Shown in pieces: positions 21,720 to 33,102 of a stretch of 64,000 nt of DNA; position 1 is the stretch's first letter; each line of letters starts with the position of its first letter. Source of the stretch: Zancudomyces culisetae HAW-14-8 (Eukaryota > Fungi > Kickxellomycota); contig JBNJNM010000011.1 of assembly GCA_052426225.1 (NCBI GenBank), forward strand, positions 3,968,001-4,032,000. Reading direction: 5' to 3'. The notes under the pieces are model-generated. The model was not told where the DNA came from. It did not search any database and saw nothing but the letters and a program-made list of their open reading frames with translations. The position numbers and the translations under genes are program-made.

Positions 21720-22258
21720 GCTTTATTTGTATGACCAAAAACCTTTCTTTTGCTTTTCTCAAGCGAAACTACTCACTTTCGAATACAAGAACGTTTATTG
21801 ATTTACTTGATTGCTTTGTGGACGCATTCCCTTTCTAACTGTGCTTTATTACTCTCAAAGACACCGTCTTTATAAGGCTATGTAAATGTGTCGGAATCAA
21901 ATCCATAGTCTGTTTTAACGGACTCAGCACCTATGGCCCGGTTGCTAATGGTTGCAAACATGGAGTAACATCCTCCCCCCACTCAACACAAAAAAAAACG
22001 GAGAAAATATCATGTTGTTTCTTCATATTTGTTAATTTGAAAATACACTGAGAGATTTAAATTTTAATGTCTTATTATTGTATCAGAGTTATCAGCACTT
22101 CAACTCAAAGAGAGAAGTTTTTGCCGAATAAAGGTACCATAGCGTTATTCCCATTCAAGGAACAGACTCGGAGTAGAAAAAAAACTGAATATAAAGTCAG
22201 GTGCGGTACATAAAATCAAACAAACTGTTGAGAGAAAAGTACTGAAAACAGAGGAAAT

Positions 22259-22867
22259 CTAACGCGAGCCACGAGTGAGCTTCTCGGTAATTGTTTTTTC
22301 GGAAATCTCGTCGTAATCTGTAGCCTGGATCTCTGAGGCAATTCCGTCAAGGCGTTTACAAAGAGCAAGTTTGCTAGAGGCATACAACATCTTCTTCTTT
22401 ATTTTTGAAGTGTCTGGTATCCAGGAAATGAAAACGAGCTTGTTTCGTTGTTGTCCAGCTACCTCATAGGCAAAATCGTAAACCGCAAATCTGCAATCAT
22501 CGCTTGGGAGTTGGTTGATAAACTGGGTAAAGTCTTTCTCGGGTGACTCCTTCTCGACCTCGATTGTCTTGTCGTCTGCGGATATAACGAATAGAGCAAA
22601 GGTATTCTTTTTCTCCATCTTGATTCTATAGTATGCTTTGATGCATTCGTCATCTACTGAAACACCACTCGACTATTTATTGAGATCCATAAAAAAATAT
22701 TAGCCAGGCGACAATCACCCGTAAATATAAAAGTTAAAGAGAATTAATATATATTTCCAGGATTTCTTCTAGTGGGGTTTTTTTTATAGTCAGTAAAACT
22801 ATTACATTTCGGTTAAAAGCAGGAGCATCCGCAATGGGGTAAAGATGTCTCTGTATGTACTTACCAT
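22259..22867 (-). CDS. COF1: Cofilin/ADF, exons 22867-22865 (ATG only) and 22672-22259
   Basis: M|SSGVSVDDECI...CRFAVYDFAY...RNKLVFISWIPDTSKIKKKMLYASSK...EIQATD; intron GTAAGT(22864)...CTAAT...TAG(22673). Confidence 0.92.
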
Positions 22868-25027
22868 TTTTAACTGTGAACTCTTTAGAAGAATATAAAT
22901 TTGCTTTTAAGACTGTTGTTTTCAATTTGTATAAATCAAACAAGGTTGAATTTAATATTTTTGAAGCTTCAAATAAACAATGGAAACCTCAAAGTTTGAA
23001 AATAAAATGTTTTTTTATCCCCTTGGGTTTTATGCACACTATGGTCATATTTTTGCAAGTAGTTTTTTTTCCTTTAATTGTGATTAGTGCTCTAATTTGG
23101 TTATTTGGGTTTGTTTGCTTTTTCTTTTTCTTTTACTTTTGCTTTTGCTTTTGCCTGCACCTTTATTTTTAGTTTACACTTTGCAGCCGCCATAGGTTTT
23201 CCTTGAAACTTTTCTTTTTCTTTGCAAAGAATTGAAAATCCAATTGATTCTGGCGCGACTTTTATTTTTTATTCTCATCCTTTTTCAATTCTTGGAAAAA
23301 GTAGCGAGTTGCCTTCCATTTTCAAACTGTTCTGGATAATATTTGCGATTAATGCGTAAGTGAGTGGGGTTACAAAAATGTAAATATATATGTTGAGTTC
23401 ATTTTTTTTGGAGTTTAATCTCAGCAAATCATACAAAAGTTTAATAATCGGAGTTTTCATACTCAGGCAATTGGCTGTAAAAAAATTCTTGTGTTCTTTT
23501 ATTTGATGGTTTACACTAAAGCTGGCAGTTGCTCGCTAGCATAGGGAAAGCAAAAACATGAAGGGAAAAAAGGTGCAGTATACACATATATGAGCAACAA
23601 CAACCACTCACGCACACACCGCATATAAAAGAAACACTATACGAGTATACCCGATTTTCCTAAGGACAGGCAAGCTTGTTAGTCCTAGAAAAATAGTGGT
23701 AGAAACCAATTGCTTGTAAAAATCAAAGTACTCAAGGTGGTTGTTTTAGTTTTCCTCATCAGTATATTGATATCAAGAGGATATTGGTGTTTTTGTATAC
23801 TCATTTGCACTCTAATACCTATCAATTAAGCCATATATGCATTTAGGAGCTAAGGGTATGGTTATTTGATACATCTCTTTATTGTCTTTGTAGACAAGCA
23901 AGCGAGAGGCGGAAGTATATAAACCTTCCAGCATCAATAGTGTTGGGAAAAAAGGACGGGTGTTAGTCCTGGATCTAGTTTTGCTAGTATACTACCCATA
24001 TTCACATATTTACAAACCAAACGCACAGAAAAGCTGACATAACTTTTTTTGTGTGTTTTATTTCCTAGGCGTTTCATGTCATACAAGTGGCTATACTAGA
24101 CAACCGGAGTTGATATTTGGAGAAACACATATACCCGGTATCCAACAAGTACGTACAACAAGCTGGAGCGCTAGCCGAACTGGATAACATTGGGAAGATC
24201 TAGTTGGAAGTGTGCAAATAACAGTAGTAAACTCAACAATATGATAGCTGTAAAATGGAGACAGTCTCAATATCAAAAGAGCTCTTGGACGACATTAGAA
24301 ATGTTGGAGAGCATTATAGCAGGGTTTCTAGGGAATAGTTCCAGTATGAACCATTTTTCAAAGGCATTTAAAAACATTAGCCACCGCTGGATGAGTGTGA
24401 TAGCAGTAAATAATATGGAGACAAGGTTTTGAATGCTGGGAATGAGAAACCAAAAAAAAAATGCAGAAATGTGTTTTCCACTACACTTTGCTTGGTTTGA
24501 CCTTTTTAGTCTTCTTTTTTGTATAATAACGGCATTAATTTTTTTCTGTTTGTAAACCTTCCAAGGAGACTAAAAGACGGTAATTTCAATCGAATAAAAA
24601 TATGCCAAATAGCTTGTCAAAGAGGGATTACGAGAATATTCTAAATAAAGAATAGCAAGAATCGAAATGAGTTATACGCTAAAAGCTTGAGAGCAAAAAC
24701 CACAAACTAGGGCTTATGGTTCTGTACACATAACAAGAGCTGAGAATTTTAAATATTTTCCAACAACCATCAACCAATAGTAGTCATTCAACAAACCCAT
24801 TTTTGTTCGTGAAAAACTAAAAGTCAAAAAAAAAAGATACGTTTATCGAAGGTTATGTCCAAGTTGACAGAAAACCAAACATTATAAAAATACAGCACAA
24901 ACGCTAACCTGTATCTTGGGTCCTTCAGAAAGATATTACAATATACTAATTAACAAAAAGTGAATCCTTGGATAACTTATAAGTTTTAAACAATTAAACT
25001 CTTGATAATCGGAAAACAGGAAAGAAA

Positions 25028-25429
25028 ATGCCTCTACCAGCAAACATTAGAAAGAAGTCTGAAATTTACAACGAAAATGTCACCAAAAGAGGAAACGTTA
25101 AAAAATCGCTCAACCCCAGCGTAGATTCTAAATTTAACGAAATGAAGCGCGAGGAGAATGCCAGAAAAGCTGGTATAAAGTCGCAACGAGCATTAACAAA
25201 GACACAAAAAAACGTCGTTCTGGTAATGTTCGTGATCCTTGTAGGTTCAGTCCTCGCGAGCATCTTCTCGCCACTCTTTTCGAGTTCTAGAAGACCCCCT
25301 GTCAGAAAAACTACACCAAATCCAAACTCTGGCGCGCAAAACCCACTTTCTGTATTCACCAATACACCAACCATTCAGGACAGTATTAAACCCTCAACCA
25401 CTCAGTCCTTCGAGGAAGCGGATATATAA
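25028..25429 (+). CDS. RAMP4/SERP1/Ysy6-like ER membrane protein, extended (133 aa)
   Basis: N-terminal IRKKSEIYNENVTKRGNVKKSL resembles RAMP4 (NITKRGNV); one transmembrane segment VVLVMFVILVGSVLASIF. Confidence 0.65.
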   Translation: MPLPANIRKKSEIYNENVTKRGNVKKSLNPSVDSKFNEMKREENARKAGIKSQRALTKTQKNVVLVMFVILVGSVLASIFSPLFSSSRRPPVRKTTPNPNSGAQNPLSVFTNTPTIQDSIKPSTTQSFEEADI

Positions 25430-26269
25430 TATTTTTTTCATTTGCCTGTCTCTACGCTGCTATTCTCTATTTAGCTATAGAGGATCGAAAAGTAGAATAT
25501 CAAAGATAGCTGTAGAGTGATACAATAGCCTAGTCTCCTATCGACTGCTTTTTTGACAAATATGATCCTTAGTGTTTATGATTCCTTTTTCTTTCTATAT
25601 TTTTATTTACATGTAAAAATTTGTTTTAAATGCCAATAAATACGCATTAAGTATTAATGATATAAACTTTGGGTCTACAAGCACAGATTGATGTAACAAG
25701 TTTACTAGCAAGCTGGCATTATTGAACCCTTTTTCGTTGTCCAGAGAATCAGAATAAGAAATCCAACTCTACAAAGAGTGCGATGAGCAAACTGAGTGGA
25801 GATAAACGATAGGTCGGCCACAAATAGCAAAAAATAGCAATAACAACTCCAGCGAATGCCAACAACTTGCGCTCCCCCCACACATGTGATGACATTTTTT
25901 CACTCTGCTTGTGTTTCCTACCCTTTCCTATACAGTATCAGCCCCGCCTTCTAAGAACCACTACACCCCCCTTTCCCCCAAAATCTAGGCGCATTTTGTA
26001 AGCGGGTAATGTTTATGTATTGCTTTTTATTTCGCTAGAATTTTAACAATTTAAAAATATATGGGAATCGAGTAGCACTACTTCTAAATATTAGCAAGAG
26101 CAAAAATACGAAAGAAGAGTCGTTTCCAATTCAAAAATACAGACACAGCTTAATTTATCATTTTTCTTCACAAACCTAATTTAATAGACTATCAGCGAAA
26201 ACTCGAAACACATACTATATTGGATAATACGAAGCAACAAGCTCTATAAGAGAACAAAAGATAATTACA

Positions 26270-27680
26270 ATGCTGAAAAAATATATCTGTGTGCTAATAC
26301 TATTTGTTGCCGAGTCACAACAAGGTTGGTTTGGATCTGCTGAAGATTCAGCTGAAAAAAAGCATGATATAGAGAAAGGTCAGAAAAATTTGTAATACAA
26401 ACATCAAAAACAATTGTATTTTAATGCTGTAACGGCTTGATTACTAGATTGTAAATTCAGGAATAAAAAATATAGTATATATATAAATTTATATATAGGC
26501 TGGGAAAAAGTGACATATGGAAGTGCTATTAGCCTAGGATTTGTACCAGAAAAGGGTAGACTTTCATTACCTGGTGTCTTTTATGGTAAGTGTTTTTTTG
26601 ATGGTTTCTTTTATAGTTTTCTTGATCAGAAATCAACAGCAAAGTGTTATACACAGCCCCAACAACCATGTCAAGTAGAGGACATATAATGCTATTAAAT
26701 GTGCACTGCAAATGCTCTGGGTTACTAAAATGTGTTTGTAATTGTGGGCGGATGAAGTATAGCCCAAGAGGAAACCTGAGTATCTAGCGTTTGCACAGAA
26801 AATAAAAAATATATCTGAATAAAAAATATAAACTATTAATGACAATTTACACAACAACAAAAATACAGGTTCGGGGAGTGGAAAAAAGGCTGTGACATTA
26901 ACCAAAGATACAGCCGCCCCTTCAGCTCTATGGTCAGTTCTTCCTGACCAGCAAATATTTAAAAGGGGGTAAGCATTAATTACTTTTTCGCTGCTTATAT
27001 AAACGGCTAGAACTGATGAATGTAGAGATAAAAATATAACTTCTCAAACCTCAAACCTCAAACCTCAAAACTATAAAATATAAAATGTAGAGAACCAATT
27101 AAGTGTGGGGGAGAAATTCGACTGAAGATGCCTGATGAGGACTTATTCTTAGGATCCGGAAGTGACCATCGCTCACCATTAAGCGAGAATCAAGAGGTCA
27201 GTGGAGTCGCTGAGCATGAAATAGGTAGGTAGCAGCATCGGTAGTATCCTAATTTCCATTTGTATTTTTTTTTAGTGATAGCAGTATTATTACTAGTGTT
27301 GTTAATAGCAAAAGAGAGCTCAACAAACGGGAAAATAATTCAACATAGGGAATGTATGGAAGGTTGAGTGCTCGAAAAAGGATGAATTTTGGGTAAGAGA
27401 TACACCAATAAAGCTAGTTCACAAAGACACCGGTGCGTATCTTCAAGCAATACCAGGAAAAGTCTTTGGGGCACCGATAGATGGAAATTTGGAGGTCAGT
27501 TGTAGCAAAAACCCGAAGTCTAGCAACCACGAATGGGCAGTCATGGTAAGTACATGCATCAGCTCGTGTTATACAGTGCCTTTATGGGCAGATTTAAACA
27601 TTTGGTGGTGGGTTTACCGGGTGGGATTGTCTAACTTTGTTTTTGCTTCATAGGAGGGGTTTTTCTTTAAGGAGCAGTAG
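26270..27680 (+). CDS. SDF2/SDF2L1-like secreted MIR-domain protein (6 exons; absent from the ORF track)
   Basis: Phase-consistent splicing gives a signal peptide then VTYGSAISL...YGSGSGKKAVT...GEPIKCGGEIRL...HRSPLSENQEVS...WKVEC...FWVRDTPIKLVHKDTGAYL...FGAPIDGNLEV...WAVMEGFFFKEQ*. Confidence 0.85.
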
Positions 27681-27856
27681 TGGATATGGCGCAAAAGGTG
27701 TAAAGTAAATAGTACATTTTAATTTATTAGCAAAAAATTACCCATTTTTACAAGTAGATAAACACAATTCTTTTGTCAGTTTCTCTTTTTTTTCGAATAA
27801 GCAAAAGAACAGTAAAATGATGATATTAACAACAGTTTTGCCACATTGGGCTTTTA

Positions 27857-28411
27857 CTACTTTACTAATGATCTATTTCGATCAGACTCATCTGTGCACA
27901 ATTGTTCCTGATAGCTATTGAGAGCCTTGATGTAGGCGGATTCTCCAGCCGTTTGGAGTTTCTTTGTTTTCTCCATGGCTACGTTTTTTGACAATAGTCT
28001 CTTTTTCCTGTTACCTCGATGTCTCTATTAAAAGATTACAAGGAAAATATTCAACATTAAATTACGTCCGGGGTTATAGAATAATAAAACTAAGCTATAA
28101 GACATCTACTTACAAGCACTTTTTCGAATTCTTGTCTCCTATATCATAAAAAATTTATTGTTAGTCTTAGTCCTGGAATCCTGTAAACATCGATTATGGT
28201 TTTCTACATCCTTTTTTTTCTTTTATAAAAATTCGCATTCAAATAAAATTTATACACTCAAGTAAAAGAAAGATTACAGTTTCAAAGATTTAAATGCTCG
28301 TTCTTTATCTTCGTCAATCGCTGCTTTCTTAAATCGCTCTAGGAAGGAGCCATCATTCGTGAATACATTTCCTAACTGCGGCTTTTTCTTTTGTGTCTTG
28401 GTCTTATCCAT
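27857..28411 (-). CDS. TRIR/C19orf43-like protein, 108 aa; exons 28411-28278, 28138-28114, 28024-27857 (absent from the ORF track)
   Basis: N-terminal NVFTNDGSFLERFKK and C-terminal ESAYIKALNSYQEQLCTDESDRNRSLVK* match the two conserved blocks of TRIR as I recall them (NLFANDGSFLELFKR; YMAEVKKYKAHQCGDDDKTRPLVK); introns GT-AG and phase-consistent. Confidence 0.75.
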
Positions 28412-29254
28412 TTTCGAGAATATTTGATAGATCGTTTTGGGATGAGAATAGCCTGTCCACCAAATATACCTTTTCCTTATTATTTTTCTGCTTTAGCCCT
28501 CTTAATTGGTGTATACAGCTTCGAATTCTTGGTTATTCTTTTGGTTGGAACTAGCTTTGTGTGGTATAGTAATTATTAAAAAAATATAATTAAAAAATAT
28601 ATTTGCTAAATTGTTGCATTTGCTGTTGAAAATAAAAAAAGTGATTTTTGTGATGCCTGTCCAATAGAAAACCCAAGGGATTGGTTAAATGAAGGGAAGT
28701 GAATGCTGAAAAAAATATATATTGAGCTATGCATAGTGTTTATTTGATGGAACCCAAAGGATAAAACAGAGTATGCTATTTGCAAGCTTTTTTAACTTTT
28801 TTTTTTGCTGCGTTCTGGTTTAGTCAAATTAGGGATGAGTGGCTATGTCGCCGAAAAAAAGGTATATGTTTTAGGATACATTGTAGACTGACAAATATAA
28901 AAGACACTCGCTCAATATGTGTATTTAATAGGAAAAGGGTATTCAGATACACAATGTGGCTGTAATAGCAGATAGGCTTTTGAACTTGAAGTCACTTTTT
29001 AGGCGTTATACTCATCTATTGTTGCATTTTAGAAAAGATCATCCTCACGCCTACTCAGCACAATTACTATAGTTCTCTATATTTCAGTTGTTTTGAATTG
29101 AATACATGACTCAGCCCAATTTCCCGCAAAAAAGTATCTACAATAGTTTAGAAGGATATTGTATTCACTGTTGTTTAAATATAGCATCGATATTTGAATT
29201 CGTAGCAAAAAGAAAAAGAAAAAGAAAATTGATGCTAAGAAAAGCTGAAAAAGC

Positions 29255-29283
29255 ATCAGTATCAGTATCAGTATCAGTATCAA
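29255..29283. repeat. (ATCAGT)n hexanucleotide microsatellite
   Basis: Visible tandem ATCAGT units. Confidence 0.8.
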
Positions 29284-30637
29284 GAAAATGAACATAAAAA
29301 CACATGAACTGCGTTTATCATGGCAAGAGATCGGGAGAGGAGTCAATTAATGTTGTAATTTAGCTTTATGAATAACATGGAAGCAAACAAAAATGGAATG
29401 GTATATAAATGTATGTAATATATGTGCGAGGGTGCTACTTTGTTGTGGTTCACAGCCATATTTTTTAGGTTAACATAAGCCAGTTTACTGCGGAGACGGA
29501 ATACTAATCAAAGCGCTATAAAAACCCAAAGAATTTCCAATGGGCTCTGGCCTGCACCCTAAATGAAAGGGTAAAAAATGAAAACATTCTCACCAATTTG
29601 GTGGTTTGGTTACCAAATTGCAGTTGTTGACAAACCATACCATTCGTTGCTGTTCACTTGGGTGTGATTTAGAAGAAAAAAATTTTTTATCAAGTTGTTT
29701 GTACAACTCTCAAACTGTTGCAAAACTAATACTTCCATTAACAAATATTACGTTATACTCGACAATGAAATGGTTTGATTTGACATAAAGAATAAAAATA
29801 ATAATAAAATTTAAAACAAATTTTTTGATCAAAGCATGATGATTTGCTCGTATGGATAAATCTACTCCCGACATTACATGCTAGAATTAAGGAGTAAGTA
29901 CACAGCAAATCTAAAATCTACAATTTAAAATCTAATAAACGTAAAGTGAAAATAAAAACGTAAATATTAATGTAAATATAAGCATAAATAAAATACAAAA
30001 ATAAAGGGTGTAAAACTAAATGCGGGAAACTCTTCAGTTTTGAGGCCCATGGCCTTTGAAATCATGAAAAAAAAATTCTCTTTCTCCTTTCTTTTTGAAT
30101 GGTGTTTGGTGTTTTTTTTTCTTGTTACCAGAAGGGCATAGAATTGGAAAATGGTAATCTAAAAAATATTTTTCCCACTATTAGCTGGAACAGTGCAAAT
30201 TTGTGAGTTGTGAGTTGTTGATAGTCAATAGGGTTATTTAAGAAAATATTATTAAAATAAATAATAGAAAAATAAAAAAATTTTTAGTTACAGTTTTTTT
30301 TTTACTATCAGTAAAAAAAAAAATCAAACTATGATAAAATGTCGCTTTCATTAAAATAAATACCAAAGAATCAGTTAGTAGTGGTGCGGTTAACTAGAGA
30401 GTGAAAATAATAGAGTATTCGTTTGTGTTTTTAGTTTCATAGCAGGAAAAACTAGACATACTCTATTTGAATACAGAAACAGCAATAAAAGTAAAGAACG
30501 TTAAAAGGCGTGGTTCATCAATTTGAGCAATTTTGATATCCCTGCCTGACTTTGCTTTTATTCGGGTTGGTTAATGACAGTAAACTAAAGGTGGCAGCCA
30601 TTATAATATACAGTATTTTTCGGTACCATAAACCTCG

Positions 30638-32299
30638 ATGACATTCAACGACATGCAATCTGAGCCCTACATGAGGACCGCCGATGGCGTTCTGAAAAGC
30701 GAGGACGTCATCGGAAACAAGCTATTTGGGATTAGTCAGAGTTTTGGATTTGGAGGAGAAACCCCCCAGGATCAAGAGCAAATTGACGATGGTGATAATG
30801 TGTGTATCAAGAATGGTCTATTGGAGAGTATGGCGATTGAGGTGAACAAGCAACAGGGAAAGAATGAGATGGGTATAGAGAAATTTTATGAACCTACAAC
30901 CAAACATGAATCCCAAATAAGAGCTTTAGAAGGAAAGGTGCTTACTAGAAATTCTAGTGTAGAAGATATAGACGAAAAGTATAATGCTGGGTCATCAGGA
31001 ACGTGCAGTGTTAATGGAGATGTAGTTGTTACCACTAACAGCAGCAGTGTGAACGGAACGTATTCAGAGGGATATACGGGGTATTTTGAGGGACCAGAAA
31101 AGCTGTTGGAGATCTGGTTCAGACCAGATGGAGAGGAATTTGTCGACGTTGAGGAACGTTGCGATGGACAGCAGCTGGAGGAGCAACCGGATGCAGAGCT
31201 GTTTGAAGTGGAAGAAAGAGTGGAGGAGCTGGAAGAAGAGGACATGGATGAATACACACCTGTGAGAAAAGGTCTAAGAAAAATCCCCAGACGAGTCCTG
31301 AGGAGAATGCTTGAGCTAGTGCAGTGCAGTGTCTTGGACAGTTTCTCCAATGAACATGTAGATTCATATTTGTTGTCGGAATCGTCCATGTTTGTGTACC
31401 CACACAAGATCATATTAAAAACCTGTGGAACAACAACGCTGTTGGTTGCAGTGGAGCGGATCTTGGAGTTGGCCAAACTGTACTGTGGAATCACAAAGGC
31501 ATACCAAGTGTTTTATTCGCGTAAGAGCTTTATGTTTCCTGAAAGACAGCCAGTACCACACACATCGTGGACCTCTGAAGTCAGGTACCTTGACAGCTAC
31601 TTTGGCTCGGGCGAAGCCTACGTCATTGGTAACGTTAACAACGACCATTGGTTTGTTTACATGTCACCTATTGATGCTGCCAACGTTCCTCCCAAAAATA
31701 GCACACCAGCACAACTGCAGAAGCAGAAGCAACAACCACAGCCCGATACCACTATTGAAATACTCATGACTGGTCTTGATCAGGATCGTATGCGCGCTAT
31801 GTATTGTGCTTCGGCTCCTGGTGCTGTTGAAGGCACTGCTGGTGGCGCTCATATCGATGCTACTTGTAAAATCGATCAGCTCTTCCCCAAAGCTGCGCTC
31901 AACTCGTACATGTTTTCTCCATGTGGATACTCCTCCAATGCTTTGCTCAAGGATCACTACTTTACCATCCATGTTACTCCCGAGCCTGTTTGCTCTTATG
32001 CAAGTTTTGAAACCAACATTCCTCTTACCCCGGAATATACCGATTCCCCTTCACTTGATCAGCTAGTCCAAAATGTTGTTGATATCTTTTGTCCTGCTAG
32101 ATTTTCGGTCTCAGTTTTCAGATCAAAGATGGAACACTCTGACCAAGAATTCGACCACAGATTTATCAACGCATTCAACTTTCCTTCTGCAACCAACTTT
32201 GTTGATCCCTCCAAGATCAATGGTTACAGAAAGGCAGAAAGGATTTTATATGAGTTTGATCACTACTGGTTACGTTACTCCCACTTTATTAAATCTTGA
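30638..32299 (+). CDS. SPE2: S-adenosylmethionine decarboxylase proenzyme
   Basis: FEGPEKLLEIWF, autocleavage site YLLSE|SSMFV, ILKTCGTT, FYSRKSFMFP, FSPCGYSSNA, YFTIHVTPEPVCSYASFETN. Confidence 0.95.
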   Translation: MTFNDMQSEPYMRTADGVLKSEDVIGNKLFGISQSFGFGGETPQDQEQIDDGDNVCIKNGLLESMAIEVNKQQGKNEMGIEKFYEPTTKHESQIRALEGKVLTRNSSVEDIDEKYNAGSSGTCSVNGDVVVTTNSSSVNGTYSEGYTGYFEGPEKLLEIWFRPDGEEFVDVEERCDGQQLEEQPDAELFEVEERVEELEEEDMDEYTPVRKGLRKIPRRVLRRMLELVQCSVLDSFSNEHVDSYLLSESSMFVYPHKIILKTCGTTTLLVAVERILELAKLYCGITKAYQVFYSRKSFMFPERQPVPHTSWTSEVRYLDSYFGSGEAYVIGNVNNDHWFVYMSPIDAANVPPKNSTPAQLQKQKQQPQPDTTIEILMTGLDQDRMRAMYCASAPGAVEGTAGGAHIDATCKIDQLFPKAALNSYMFSPCGYSSNALLKDHYFTIHVTPEPVCSYASFETNIPLTPEYTDSPSLDQLVQNVVDIFCPARFSVSVFRSKMEHSDQEFDHRFINAFNFPSATNFVDPSKINGYRKAERILYEFDHYWLRYSHFIKS

Positions 32300-32480
32300 T
32301 TTTTTTTTTAATACTTTGAATTACTATTATTTTGTTACCATTCTATTTTTGTTTTATTAATTTTATTTTATTTTAGCCCTGACACTAACAGATTAATAAA
32401 ACTTCATTCCGTTCTTTTTGAGGCACAGCTTCTTTTCATTTTACGAATGTAACCTTAGAAGCAAATAAAGGCAAAAAAGT

Positions 32481-33102
32481 ATGTCACAAAGATTAATTGG
32501 CGAAGAAAATACTAGTCAAATTCAAAATGATGATGAGTCTACTATAGATTATAAAACTCTAAAGCAGCGGCAACTTGAAAGGTACGTGGTCTTGTTTTCT
32601 TTGTCTTTTTTCTATTCTTTTATTTGGTAGGGACATTTCGATACCAGGAAACAGGATGTTTGTAAATTTCGGCTTTAGAAAGAATTAAACAGAAACAAGA
32701 TTAATTCAAACTATACAATTGTGTAAACACTTATGACCTGATTTAGTATTTACCTCTTAACACGGATAAGGGATTCTATGCTTGCCTTTGAACAATACAG
32801 CAATATTGAATATGACCGCTTAAAAAATAAAAAACTTCAAGCCCATGCACAATTGCTCGACAAAATCAACAAATTGATGCTTAATACCAGTAAAAGAATA
32901 AGGTTTGTGAGCTGTGACGTATATAATATATACATATATATATATTATGTTGTCATTTTTATTATGGTATCTATCATCTATATGCTTTCAAAAGAAAAAG
33001 AACGAAAAAAGAAAAGAAAAGGCCATGTAAGGAAAAGTATATAAAAATAGTATTAAACAAAATAGTAAACTTCACAGCACAAACTTGGAAAAACATTCAT
33101 GA
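32481..33102 (+). CDS. Small spliced coiled-coil protein, possibly KxDL/KXD1 (BLOC-1/BORC)-like; last exon uncertain
   Basis: Exons 32481-32581 and 32771-32902 join in phase (...KQRQLERDSMLAFEQYSNIEYDRLK...HAQLLDKINKLMLNTSKRI); putative exon 3 at 33066-33102. The resemblance to the KxDL pattern (H..LL..+K.DL..+FKRIR) is weak. Confidence 0.4.

Noticed and set aside
24080-24432. Short ORFs on both strands in a purine-rich patch, possibly a gene or transposon relic
   Set aside because: Multiple stops in all frames and no recognisable motif
27132-27165. CTGATGAG...GGAA resembling a hammerhead ribozyme core
   Set aside because: Stem II does not pair, GAAA is absent, and it lies in a coding exon of the SDF2-like gene
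32297-32312. Possible stop-codon read-through of SPE2 as in vertebrate AMD1
   Set aside because: The TGA is followed by TTT TTT TTT TAA, leaving no extension
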